From contig CBFCYE010000003.1 of the NCBI GenBank assembly GCA_965602225.1, positions 68,661 to 132,660 of the forward strand: a stretch of 64,000 bases of DNA, given 5' to 3'. This document shows, one piece after another, positions 1-9,035 of the stretch; position 1 is the stretch's first letter; the number at the start of each line of letters is the position of its first letter. The position numbers and the translations under genes are program-made. The notes under the pieces were generated by a model. The model did not search any database and was not told the origin of the DNA. It worked only from the letters and a program-made list of their open reading frames with translations. This DNA comes from an uncultured Gammaproteobacteria bacterium (GTDB lineage Bacteria > Pseudomonadota > Gammaproteobacteria > Tenderiales > Tenderiaceae).

Positions 1-178
1 TCAGGCCTGTTTCGGAACCTGGTATCAAGACAAGCAAAAATACCACCAGATAGGTCACCATGAATAGTTTGAAGAATATCCCCCAGCGTCTGGCGCGGCG
101 CTGTTCCTTCAACGCACCCATCGCCAAATTGCTTATCAGCTCGCGTTCCCAGGGCTCGTTATTAGTCTCTTCTTTCAT
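1..178 (-). CDS. S49-family signal peptide peptidase (SppA/SohB-like), N-terminal part only; gene runs off the left edge
   Basis: Not in the ORF track because it is open at the window edge. Reverse-strand hand translation from the ATG at 178 gives MKEETNNEPWERELISNLAMGALKEQRRARRWGIFFKLFMVTYLVVFLLVLIPGSETGL. This shows an EQRRxRRWGIFFK motif followed by a TM helix, as I recall for 36K-type SppA. Its position next to HAD-rluC fits Pseudomonas-type synteny. The + strand ORF 60..266 is its shadow. Confidence 0.55.
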   Translation of the reverse strand, partial: MKEETNNEPWERELISNLAMGALKEQRRARRWGIFFKLFMVTYLVVFLLVLIPGSETGL

Positions 179-266
179 GCTTTTCTCATCAATTAGTGGG
201 TTTTCTGTCCAGGGGTCTTTTGAGTCTGGAGTATTGTTTTCGATCACACCGATATCAACCAATTAG

Positions 267-926
267 TTAAATATTTATAGCCAGCCACTGCGCCATTTCA
301 TCAACACTATTCAAACAGGCCAAGGGCTTATAACTCTGCAGCCGCTCACCTTCATGTGCACCGTAACTTACTGCCAGTGCTGCCGTTCCTGCCCGCTGCG
401 CCATTTCGAGATCATACTCTGTATCGCCTACCATCAGGGTTTTTTCAGGCTTCACACCCAGCTCATCCATTATCTCACGCAACATCATCGGATCGGGTTT
501 GGATGATGTTTCGTCAGCGCAGCGGGTCGAGTGAAAATAACGGCTGCAGTCCGTCTGTTGCAACACCCTGTCCAGCCCTTTGCGCCCTTTACCAGTGGCA
601 ACGCCAAGCCAAAGTTGACGCTGCGTCAATGCCTGCAAAATGCCATGCACGCCTTCGAACAAAACCTCAGGCTGAGAACAGCTCACCAGAAAATGATGCC
701 GATAACGATCAGTAAACATAGGAATAAGAGCCGATTCAGCAACATCATGCAGGCTTTCTATTGCCTCCCGCATCCCCAGGCCAATGACATTGCGACATTC
801 CACATCTGTTTTGACTGGCAAACCAAGGTCAGCCCCCGCCGATTGCAGCGAAGCGACAATCCGTGCTGCCGAATCCATCAAGGTTCCGTCCCAATCAAAG
901 ACGATTAGATCAAATTTATCCGCCAT
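267..926 (-). CDS. HAD-IA hydrolase, phosphoglycolate phosphatase-like
   Basis: N-terminal DxDGT motif (LIVFDWDGTLMDS), a K-P motif (SSKPDP) and a C-terminal GDTEYD acidic motif. 219 aa, immediately downstream of rluC. Confidence 0.85.
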   Translation of the reverse strand: MADKFDLIVFDWDGTLMDSAARIVASLQSAGADLGLPVKTDVECRNVIGLGMREAIESLHDVAESALIPMFTDRYRHHFLVSCSQPEVLFEGVHGILQALTQRQLWLGVATGKGRKGLDRVLQQTDCSRYFHSTRCADETSSKPDPMMLREIMDELGVKPEKTLMVGDTEYDLEMAQRAGTAALAVSYGAHEGERLQSYKPLACLNSVDEMAQWLAINI

Positions 927-930
927 CGAC

Positions 931-1878
931 TCAAGCCAACTTTTTCAGAACTGTTTCCAAACTTCCATCAAGTGGGGCAGTCACCTCCAAAACACTGTCA
1001 TCCCAAGGGAATTTCAGCTGCCAGGCATGCAAAAACATACGTTTCAGGCCATATTCACGCATTTTCTTGTTAAAATCCTTGTCACCATATTTTTCATCAC
1101 CCGCCACCGGGTGGCCACTGTGATCAGCATGGACTCGTATTTGGTGGGTTCGACCTGTGAACAACTCCACCTCCATCAAGGTTGCCAGCTTAAAGCGCTG
1201 TTTCGGAGTAAAACGACTCGTCGCCTCCTTACCATCGGCACTCACCCTGACGATGCGCTCACCGGAGCTAACAACATTTTTACGCAAAGGCGCATCAACC
1301 AGCTGACTGCCACCACGCCATTTGCCCTTGCACAGAGCCTGATAAAACTTTTTCACTTCACCTGAGCGCATCGCACTATGCAGATGCCTCAAGGCAGAGC
1401 GCTTTTTGGCAATAAGCAGACAGCCCGAAGTATCCTTGTCCAGTCGATGAACCAACTCCAGGTTTTTACACTCAGATTTGAGTTTGCGCATCGCTTCAAT
1501 CACACCAAAACTGATGCCACTGCCGCCATGCACAGCAAGCCCTGAGGGCTTGTTCAGAACAATAAGACCTGAATCCTCAAAAATAATATTTTTCTCGATC
1601 CGCTCTAAAATAGCCTGACCAGGGTCGACAACATCACCTTTTTCAGCCGTCCGAACAGGAGGAATCCTGATGATATCGCCAGCTTGAACCCTGTAAACCG
1701 GCTTGATTCTGCCCTTATTCACCCTGACCTGGCCGGTGCGTAAAAGCCGATAAATCATGCTTTTTGGCACACCTTTTAAAATAGACAGCAGAAAATTATC
1801 TATTCGTTGCCCTGCCCGGTCGGCGTCGACCTCGATCATTTTCACTTTTGGGTGGGCATTTTCCGCAAAATCAGTCAT
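931..1878 (-). CDS. rluC: 23S rRNA pseudouridine synthase C (RluA family with S4 domain)
   Basis: Near full-length resemblance to E. coli RluC as recalled: GQRIDNFL..KGVPKSMIYR.LR.G.VRVNK.RIKP, catalytic HRLDKDTSG, GRTHQIRVH. Divergent from rne, as in enterics and pseudomonads. Confidence 0.9.
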   Translation of the reverse strand: MTDFAENAHPKVKMIEVDADRAGQRIDNFLLSILKGVPKSMIYRLLRTGQVRVNKGRIKPVYRVQAGDIIRIPPVRTAEKGDVVDPGQAILERIEKNIIFEDSGLIVLNKPSGLAVHGGSGISFGVIEAMRKLKSECKNLELVHRLDKDTSGCLLIAKKRSALRHLHSAMRSGEVKKFYQALCKGKWRGGSQLVDAPLRKNVVSSGERIVRVSADGKEATSRFTPKQRFKLATLMEVELFTGRTHQIRVHADHSGHPVAGDEKYGDKDFNKKMREYGLKRMFLHAWQLKFPWDDSVLEVTAPLDGSLETVLKKLA

Positions 1879-2482
1879 TTACCACCATTTTTAAAGCCTT
1901 CCATATATTTCCAGACAGAGGGGGAACATGTTATATTCAGAGTGTGGTATTGGCTGGCCAGGGTGCTTTTCAACCCTTTACGTAAACCGCCTCTACCTCT
2001 TAGCAATACATAATGACCTATTTTGATCCGCACTGTCAGATATGTGCGATGAACCAAACTAGCCAAGGTATTGTCAATATTTTCGACAACGTGCCAATGA
2101 CTTGCTTTGGCACATGAGACAAATTTTATCACTTCGTGGCGAAGATATGAATGTCGATGAAGTGGCGCAGAGATGCGCACTGCCCTAACAAGGCACGGAA
2201 AAATTAACTAACAAACATTGGTGCACCCGTGAAAATTGCGGGGGACTGAACGAACTCTGCAATAAAACAGGCAGAGATGTATGGGTTGAAATATTAAAAA
2301 ATCACCCTCGTGAACAACACAAAAAATATGATTTTTCACGAACAGGTGACACAAAATGACCTGCAAGCACTCTCAATCAGCACTGCTGAACAGATGTGCT
2401 TGGCATTGTTGACTTGCTGTACAACATAAACGTTCAGTCTCACGCGGCGAAAACACGGTTGACGCCCTAGGAGACAGTACAA
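1879..2482 (+). promoter_or_regulatory. rluC-rne divergent promoter region and long rne 5' leader (possible RNase E autoregulatory leader)
   Basis: A 600 bp non-coding gap lies ahead of rne. It has a 7-bp-stem hairpin (tcgtgaa...ttcacga, about 2307-2345) and the SD AGGAGA at 2470-2475. E. coli rne has a long structured autoregulatory leader. Homology to that element was not verified. Confidence 0.35.
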
Positions 2483-5107
2483 ATGAAAAGAATGCTTATC
2501 AATGCAACTCAAAAAGAAGAGTTGCGTGTTGCCCTTGTTGATGGTCAACGCCTTTATGACCTCGATATAGAACTACCTGGTCGCGAACAAAAAAAATCCA
2601 ATATCTACAAGGGTAAAATCACCCGAATCGAACCCAGCCTAGAGGCAGCCTTCGTCGAGTACGGTGCAGATAGACATGGTTTCCTACCACTCAAAGAAAT
2701 TGCCCCCAGCTGCTACGCGAATAAACCAGAAGATGACAAACGCCGTCCCAACATCAAAGAAATTTTGAGAGAAGGACAGGAAGTTGTCGTACAAATAGAC
2801 AAAGAAGAACGCGGCAACAAGGGCGCAGCCCTGACTACCTTTATCAGCCTCGCTGGCCGCTATTTGGTGCTAATGCCTAACAACCCACGTGCGGGTGGTG
2901 TATCACGCCGCATTGAAGGTGAAGACCGCAGCGAACTACGTGAAGCCATGGCCGCAATGGAAATTCCTGAAGGCATGGGTGTGATTGTCCGCACCGCTGG
3001 TGTCGGCAAGTGCACAGAAGAACTGCAATGGGATCTGGACTACCTGGTACGACTCTGGACAGCTATCGATAAAGCTGGCAAGGAACGCTCAGCGCCATTC
3101 CTGGTCTACCAGGAAAGCAACCTGATCATCCGTGCCATTCGTGACTATTTCCGCCAGGATATCGGTGAAATCCTGATAGATTGTAAGGAGGTCTACGACT
3201 ACGCTCAGGACTTCATGACCCAGGTCATGCCGCATAATAAGAGTAAACTAAAATTCTACGACGATAGCGTCCCCCTCTTCTCACGCTACCAAGTCGAAAG
3301 CCAGATTGAGACAGCCTTTCAGCATGAAGTTCGCCTGCCTTCCGGTGGCGCCATCGTTATTGACCGTACCGAGGCATTGGTCTCAATAGACATAAACTCA
3401 TCGCGCGCCACACAAGGTGGAGACATAGAGGAAACGGCTCTAAATACCAACCTTGAAGCCTCTGATGAAATCGCCCGCCAACTGCGCCTACGCGACCTTG
3501 GCGGCCTGATCGTGATTGATTACATCGACATGAGTCCGGCGCGCAATCAACGTGAAGTGGAAAACCGACTTCGTGAAGCCCTGAAAATGGACCGTGCCCG
3601 AGTACAGATTGGCCGCATATCCCGCTTTGGCCTATTGGAGATGTCACGCCAACGCCTCCGCCCATCACTGGAAGAATCCATCCAGGCCACCTGCCCACGC
3701 TGTAAGGGTGAAGGCTCAATCCGCAACGTAGAGTCACTATCGCTATCGATTCTGCGTCTGATTGAAGAAGAGGCTATGAAGGAAAAATCAGCTCGCATCG
3801 AAGCTCAACTGCCACTACAGGTTGCCACCTTCCTGCTTAATGAAAAACGTAAAGCAGTTACCGAAATAGAAGCTCGCCACGACATTCACGTCGTTCTAGT
3901 CCCCAATCCAGCATTGGAAACACCTGCCTACGAAGTCCGACGAATCAAGAGCGAAGAACTTCGCGAACAGGATAAAACCACCAGCTATCAAATCGTCAAA
4001 GATATTGAGCCTGAAAAAGAAGTCGCCACCAAACGCAAGGCAGCGTCAGAACAACCGGCAGTGAAAAGCATCAAACCCTCTACGCCAGCGCCTAGACCGT
4101 CAGCACCAACCAAGGCCGCCAGCGAGCAACGTGAGGCCGAGGCCGGTTTTATCACTCGCATGTGGAACAGTCTGTTTGGCGGCAATAAAACAGAAGAAGC
4201 AACACCTGAAGCTGAGCAAATACAGACGCAGAAACCCGCCGAGACTTCAGCCCAACAGCGCCCAAGCCAGTCTCGTGGCCGTGGCCGTAGCCGCTCACAA
4301 TCGCAGCGCGGTAGCAACCAATCACGTAATCGTCGCGGTGGTAGCAGCGACAATGTTGAGCAAAACAAACAGCAAAAATCCACAGCAAGCAGGAATGAAG
4401 CTAGCAATCAGCCTGTAGCCAAGCCTGCAACAACCACTCAGCCAGAGGCTAAAGCAGCAAATACAAAACCGGCCGAAGCAATTACAGATGCCAGCCAAAC
4501 TTCACCTGCACAAGATGGTGAAAAAACTGCCAGCAATGAGAATCGCCGCGGCCGTCGCGGTGGTCGCCGTCGTCGTCGTCCATCAGGTGGTCAATCACAG
4601 CAACGTGATGGAAACATTGCGGATGCTGCCAGCGCAGCAGCTCCTGCCACTGAAACAAATGGCAATTCGCAAGCCGCAGGCAACAGTGATACGACTACTA
4701 ACAAGCCAACTACAGCTGAAGCCACACAAAACATCCCAAAACCAAGACCAAGACGTGCACCTCGCCCAAAAGCAGCAGATAAACCTGACGCAGAGGTAAG
4801 CAATAAACCAGCCGAGGCAAATAAAGCCGAAACCAAACCAGTCAGCGAGCCAAGCCAGGCATCGGCGCCTGCTAGTTCGCCTGCTAGTTCGCCTGCTAGT
4901 TCGCCTGCTAGTTCGCCTGCTAGTACAGCCGCACCAGCTAGTGCTGAGGGAAAACAGAAACCTGCAGTTGTAAAACCCACGGTTGAACCGGCTGTTAATG
5001 TAGCACCGGTACAAAAATCCATGGATCTCACTCAACCTGCTGCAACTGCAGCTAAACCTGTTCCTGTTGAGGCAAGCAGCAAGCCAAGCAGCAGCCCTCA
5101 GGAATAA
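2483..5107 (+). CDS. rne: Ribonuclease E
   Basis: The N-terminus [30 protein letters not shown] matches the RNase E/G catalytic half (S1 domain, DNase I-like region, CPxCxGxG Zn-link: [11 protein letters not shown]). The C-terminal half is long and low-complexity, rich in Arg, Pro, Ser and Ala ([13 protein letters not shown]), as in degradosome scaffolds. Confidence 0.95.
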   Translation: MKRMLINATQKEELRVALVDGQRLYDLDIELPGREQKKSNIYKGKITRIEPSLEAAFVEYGADRHGFLPLKEIAPSCYANKPEDDKRRPNIKEILREGQEVVVQIDKEERGNKGAALTTFISLAGRYLVLMPNNPRAGGVSRRIEGEDRSELREAMAAMEIPEGMGVIVRTAGVGKCTEELQWDLDYLVRLWTAIDKAGKERSAPFLVYQESNLIIRAIRDYFRQDIGEILIDCKEVYDYAQDFMTQVMPHNKSKLKFYDDSVPLFSRYQVESQIETAFQHEVRLPSGGAIVIDRTEALVSIDINSSRATQGGDIEETALNTNLEASDEIARQLRLRDLGGLIVIDYIDMSPARNQREVENRLREALKMDRARVQIGRISRFGLLEMSRQRLRPSLEESIQATCPRCKGEGSIRNVESLSLSILRLIEEEAMKEKSARIEAQLPLQVATFLLNEKRKAVTEIEARHDIHVVLVPNPALETPAYEVRRIKSEELREQDKTTSYQIVKDIEPEKEVATKRKAASEQPAVKSIKPSTPAPRPSAPTKAASEQREAEAGFITRMWNSLFGGNKTEEATPEAEQIQTQKPAETSAQQRPSQSRGRGRSRSQSQRGSNQSRNRRGGSSDNVEQNKQQKSTASRNEASNQPVAKPATTTQPEAKAANTKPAEAITDASQTSPAQDGEKTASNENRRGRRGGRRRRRPSGGQSQQRDGNIADAASAAAPATETNGNSQAAGNSDTTTNKPTTAEATQNIPKPRPRRAPRPKAADKPDAEVSNKPAEANKAETKPVSEPSQASAPASSPASSPASSPASSPASTAAPASAEGKQKPAVVKPTVEPAVNVAPVQKSMDLTQPAATAAKPVPVEASSKPSSSPQE
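4867..4926 (+). repeat. In-frame 12-nt tandem repeat (gcctgctagttc x4 perfect plus 1 imperfect) encoding (ASSP)n in the RNase E tail
   Basis: Read directly: gcctgctagttc repeated at 4867, 4879, 4891 and 4903, then gcctgctagtac at 4915. The protein reads [18 protein letters not shown]. Confidence 0.95.
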
Positions 5108-5118
5108 GCTCTACTATT

Positions 5119-5150
5119 GGGCTGGCAGTGTGACTGCCAGCCCTTTCTAT
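5119..5150. terminator. Rho-independent terminator between convergent rne and ptp genes
   Basis: Perfect 11-bp stem gggctggcagt / actgccagccc with a gtg loop, followed by tttctattt. Confidence 0.8.
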
Positions 5151-5636
5151 TTAAGACGCTGCACAGATCTCATCTAGTAAGCCGCGCGAAGCATCTTCAA
5201 CCAAATCCAAAACATGCTCAAAACCACTGTCCCCGCCATAGTAGGGATCAGGAACCTCCTTTTCTTCAAACAAGGCCGAGTAATCAAGAAACAGGTGTAG
5301 CCTGTGTTCAAAACCAGCAGGACAGATACGCTCTAAATTAGAGTAGTTGTCTCGATCCATCGCTAAAACGTAATCAAAACACTCAAAATCGCTGCTTTTA
5401 ACCTGTCGCGCTCGAAGCGAACTGAGATCAATACCGCGCCGCAATGACGCAGCCTGCGCCCGTGGATCAGGTTGTTCACCAACGTGATGGGCATGTGTTC
5501 CTGCTGAATCAACCTCAATCACCTTATTCAGAGATTTATCATCAATAATCCTCACGAATACCCCGTGTGCAGTCGGAGACCTGCAGATATTCCCCATGCA
5601 AACAAACAAAACTTTGGTCATAATTGAGACATCCAT
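5151..5636 (-). CDS. Low-molecular-weight protein-tyrosine phosphatase
   Basis: Signature CxGNxCRS P-loop (VLFVCMGNICRSP) near the N-terminus and a DPYY motif near the C-terminus. The start could instead be the internal ATG at 5621 (MTKVLFV). Confidence 0.9.
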   Translation of the reverse strand: MDVSIMTKVLFVCMGNICRSPTAHGVFVRIIDDKSLNKVIEVDSAGTHAHHVGEQPDPRAQAASLRRGIDLSSLRARQVKSSDFECFDYVLAMDRDNYSNLERICPAGFEHRLHLFLDYSALFEEKEVPDPYYGGDSGFEHVLDLVEDASRGLLDEICAAS

Positions 5637-5702
5637 CGATTATTTTTAGATCAAACTAAGCAATTTTGGTCTAGAATGAAAGACAACACCAGACAATAAA
5701 GG

Positions 5703-5987
5703 TTGGGTACTATGCTGGGTCAAATGATAAAAATGAACAATCTACGCAACCTGATTGGCCAAGAGGTCAACCATGAGGGTAGAGCCTGCAAGATCATCGA
5801 AATTTTGGAAGATGACTTTCCCGCAGTAATCCTGCAGCATCATGAACGCCAGACAAGCATTCAAGCAGATCAACACGGTGAGGCCCACCGCAAAGTTCCC
5901 AGCACAATCACTTTACCTGTCATCGACCGCGAAAGTGGTAGCTTCCATCCTGCCTTCAGCAATCTAAATTTAAGTCACTTACTCTAA
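5703..5987 (+). CDS. Hypothetical protein (94 aa), no recognisable domain
   Basis: Open frame only. Its 3' end overlaps the kdsB stop by 9 nt in convergent orientation. No motif recognised and no clear SD. Confidence 0.3.
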   Translation: MGTMLGQMIKMNNLRNLIGQEVNHEGRACKIIEILEDDFPAVILQHHERQTSIQADQHGEAHRKVPSTITLPVIDRESGSFHPAFSNLNLSHLL

Positions 5988-6734
5988 AGCCTGCCTGGCC
6001 CGGGCAAGATCAGCCTCAGTATCCACTCCTGCTACAGCTGATTCATCAGCCTCAGCAACGTGGATTTTATGGCCATGCCAAAGCACACGCAGCTGCTCCA
6101 GTGATTCCATCTGTTCTAGCTCACAGGCAGGCCAGCTGACGTACTCTTTAATAAACTCGGCACGATAGGCATACAGCCCTATATGGCGAAAATGCAGTGA
6201 CTGTTCAGGCAGTTCCTCCGTTGTAATAGAGAAGGCATCTCTGTCCCAAGGAATAGGGGCGCGGCTAAAATAAATAGCGTAACCATTTTGATCACTAATC
6301 ACCTTGACTGCATGTGGGTCAAACAGCTCGGCGGCCGTATGAATTTTTTCTGCCAAGGTTGCAATACTGGCCTGCGAGTAATCAGCTAAATTCTGTGCCA
6401 CTTGATGAATCAAGCTTGGTGGCATGAGAGGCTCATCTCCCTGCAGATTAACGACTATTTCGTCATTGTTCAGCCCCAGCTTCGTAACCACTTCAGAGAG
6501 CCTTTCAGTGCCTGAGCTATGCTGACTTGATGTCATACACACCTCCGCCGCAAACTCGCTTGCAGCATCAGCGACACGCTGATCATCAGTGGCAATGATG
6601 ATATTTTCAGCACCGCTCTCTTGGGCACGTTCGTAAACATGCTGAATCATCGGTTTACCGGCAATATCGACCAGAGGCTTGCCCGGTAGACGAGTAGAGT
6701 CATAACGGGCAGGAATAACAACCGTAAACTTCAC
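5979..6734 (-). CDS. kdsB: 3-deoxy-manno-octulosonate cytidylyltransferase (CMP-KDO synthetase)
   Basis: N-terminus [17 protein letters not shown], 251 aa, GTG start, in the conserved lpxK-ycaR-kdsB order. Confidence 0.9.
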   Translation of the reverse strand: MKFTVVIPARYDSTRLPGKPLVDIAGKPMIQHVYERAQESGAENIIIATDDQRVADAASEFAAEVCMTSSQHSSGTERLSEVVTKLGLNNDEIVVNLQGDEPLMPPSLIHQVAQNLADYSQASIATLAEKIHTAAELFDPHAVKVISDQNGYAIYFSRAPIPWDRDAFSITTEELPEQSLHFRHIGLYAYRAEFIKEYVSWPACELEQMESLEQLRVLWHGHKIHVAEADESAVAGVDTEADLARARQALE

Positions 6735-6914
6735 TTATCCAATCTCTTCGAGAGTGAGCCTGCGCGCCTCATCCTCGAGCATCACGGGAATATCATCACG
6801 GATAGGATAAGCCAGCTTATCTGCTTTGCAAACCAACTCATTTTGCTCTTTACGAAACTGCAACGGTCCTTTGCAAATCGGGCACACCAGAATATCTAAT
6901 AGTTTTCTGTCCAT
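6735..6914 (-). CDS. ycaR: Trm112/YcaR-family small zinc-ribbon-like protein (UPF0434)
   Basis: Missing from the ORF track (59 aa). Hand translation: [59 protein letters not shown]. This is the typical LL.ILVCP.CKG.L...L.C....LAYPI.DGIPVML..EAR pattern, placed between lpxK and kdsB. Confidence 0.85.
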   Translation of the reverse strand: MDRKLLDILVCPICKGPLQFRKEQNELVCKADKLAYPIRDDIPVMLEDEARRLTLEEIG

Positions 6915-6927
6915 ACTATTGCCTGTT

Positions 6928-7905
6928 TTAATTAGTCAATTTTTTAAGTATTTGTAAAAGCCTTAATACCATAGGCTCGGGCAAATGCGCAGTAACCGGA
7001 ACATACCACATGTTCTGGTTGGCAAATCGGCGACATTTTACCGCATCCTTTTCAGTCATAAGGATTGGCAGGTTATCTGCAAAATCCAAATCCTGAGACT
7101 GGTAATCATGGTGATCAGGAAATGAATGCTCTATAACCTCAAGCCCACGACTGCGCAGCAATTGAAAAAAACGTTGCGGATTGCCGATTCCGGCCAAGGC
7201 ATGTACTCGCTGCCCAGCAAACTCTTCAAAAGTTGAAGCTAGCCCATCATTTTCAAGTGACCGTAACCCCGTCGCCTCAAGGCTCATAGCAAATTCACCA
7301 CGACCAGCCAAACCATTGGCAACAACAAAGTTCACTTCATCCAAGCGTGACTGAGGCTCACGCAATGGTCCAGCAGGCAAACAGTGGCCATTACCAAAAC
7401 GCCGTTCACCATCGATAACAACAATCTCAACATCACGTTTTAGACGATAATGTTGCAGTCCATCATCAGTAATGATGAGGTCACAGTTGGTATGACTTAA
7501 CAACGCCTTTGCTGCGGCAACCCGGTCTGGCGCGGCAATAATTGGACAAGCACAACGCTGAGCCAACATCACGGGTTCATCACCGACCATCACCGGATCA
7601 CTATCGGGGCGCACCTGCTGCGGCCAACGTTCAGCCTTACCGCCATAACCTCGCGAAACTATCCCTGGATGATAACCAGCCTTCTGCAGCAGGCTAACCA
7701 ACCAAACCACCAGTGGTGTCTTACCTGTTCCACCGACGCTAATATTGCCCACCACAATAACTGGCACAGGCACAGCATAGCTTGGCAACAAGCCCAATCG
7801 ATAAGCAAAACGTCGCGACATTACCAGCAAGCGAAACAACCATTCCAGTGGCACTAGCAACATAGAAGTTGTTGAGGAATACCAGCGCTTTTCAAGCCAG
7901 TTCAT
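6928..7905 (-). CDS. lpxK: Tetraacyldisaccharide 4'-kinase
   Basis: P-loop [13 protein letters not shown] after an N-terminal membrane segment. 325 aa, with synteny to kdsB. Confidence 0.9.
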   Translation of the reverse strand: MNWLEKRWYSSTTSMLLVPLEWLFRLLVMSRRFAYRLGLLPSYAVPVPVIVVGNISVGGTGKTPLVVWLVSLLQKAGYHPGIVSRGYGGKAERWPQQVRPDSDPVMVGDEPVMLAQRCACPIIAAPDRVAAAKALLSHTNCDLIITDDGLQHYRLKRDVEIVVIDGERRFGNGHCLPAGPLREPQSRLDEVNFVVANGLAGRGEFAMSLEATGLRSLENDGLASTFEEFAGQRVHALAGIGNPQRFFQLLRSRGLEVIEHSFPDHHDYQSQDLDFADNLPILMTEKDAVKCRRFANQNMWYVPVTAHLPEPMVLRLLQILKKLTN

Positions 7906-7940
7906 GGTGTTATTGACTGTTCTAGCAAGAAGAAAAAGGC

Positions 7941-8360
7941 TTACTGTTCATTTTGATTTCGAGTGGCTATCGACATCCGTACTAGACCAACTTGTCGCGC
8001 GGCATCCATTGCAGTCACCAATGCTTGATGTGGTGAATTGGCATCGGCACTGATAATGAGCGGTGGATTTTTTCTGTCCCCCTTGGTCTTACGCAAAGCC
8101 CGTTTCAAGGTATCCAGCTGGGTATTAATCACAAGTTTTTGATCAATGTAAAAACGCCCGTCTCTATCGATAACTACTTCAAGTGGATTGCCAACCTGCT
8201 CGACCGGCTGATCCGATGCCTGCGGCAGGTCGATCTCAATCTCGGACTCCTCTCTAAAGGTAGTTGTCACCATGAAAAAGATCAGTAGCAAGAACACAAC
8301 ATCAATCAAGGGTGTAAGATTGACGGACATCTCCTCACGACGAAATTTCCGCAAATTCAT
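7941..8360 (-). CDS. exbD: ExbD/TolR-family biopolymer transport protein
   Basis: 139 aa, with N-terminal INLTPLIDVVFLLLIFFM (conserved Asp in the TM helix) and a periplasmic domain. Adjacent to the ExbB-like gene. Confidence 0.85.
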   Translation of the reverse strand: MNLRKFRREEMSVNLTPLIDVVFLLLIFFMVTTTFREESEIEIDLPQASDQPVEQVGNPLEVVIDRDGRFYIDQKLVINTQLDTLKRALRKTKGDRKNPPLIISADANSPHQALVTAMDAARQVGLVRMSIATRNQNEQ

Positions 8361-8990
8361 TTATTCACCATCCGCCAAGTCTTGCTCACGCATGCCCAGC
8401 AACACTTCAACCAGCTTCAATGACTCCTGCTCCATGGAAATCACCAGCTCATCGACCTTACGTTGGAAATAGCGGTAACACATCAATGCAGGGATCGCCA
8501 CAGCCAGACCCGCAGCAGTGGTGATAAGGGCTTCTGAGATGCCCCCAGCCAGCTGAGACGCATTACCAACCCCTTCTGCAGTAATGGCTGTAAAGACCTT
8601 GATCATGCCAACAACTGTTCCCAACAGGCCCAGCAATGGAGTCACTTGAGCAATGGTGCCCAAGGTATTGAGAAAACGTTCCATCTCGACCACCACCTGG
8701 CGACCTGTTTCTTCAATCGCCTCTTTCATGATGGCGCGATCATGGTGTCGATTAAGCAGTCCGCCTGCAAGGATACGCCCCAGCGGTGAACCACTCTGGA
8801 GCATCTTTATTTTCGAGGTATCAAGCTCATCGTTCTTGATCCAGGTCCAAATTTGGGCCAGAAGATGTTTTGGACATATCTTGTTCTTTTGTAAGGCCCA
8901 TACTCGCTCGGCAATGATTGCCAGGGCCACCACAGAACAAATCAGGATCGGTAACATCAACCATCCACCGGACTTAACAATTTCAAGCAC
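8361..8990 (-). CDS. exbB: MotA/TolQ/ExbB-family proton channel protein
   Basis: 209 aa with three TM segments and the conserved C-terminal region LGLLGTVVGMI...AL.TTA.GL. Abuts the exbD start. Confidence 0.85.
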   Translation of the reverse strand: MLEIVKSGGWLMLPILICSVVALAIIAERVWALQKNKICPKHLLAQIWTWIKNDELDTSKIKMLQSGSPLGRILAGGLLNRHHDRAIMKEAIEETGRQVVVEMERFLNTLGTIAQVTPLLGLLGTVVGMIKVFTAITAEGVGNASQLAGGISEALITTAAGLAVAIPALMCYRYFQRKVDELVISMEQESLKLVEVLLGMREQDLADGE

Positions 8991-9035
8991 TAGGGCTTAC
9001 TCCTCGCAAACATTCTATATAACGGTTAATCATAC

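Noticed and set aside
60-266. 68-aa + strand ORF at the left edge.
   Set aside because: It lies opposite the N-terminus of the S49 peptidase gene (1..178, minus), and its translation has no features.
4591-5035. Two 146-aa minus-strand ORFs opposite the RNase E C-terminal tail.
   Set aside because: They are a compositional artefact of the repetitive Pro/Ala/Ser-rich coding region. rne on the + strand is unambiguous.
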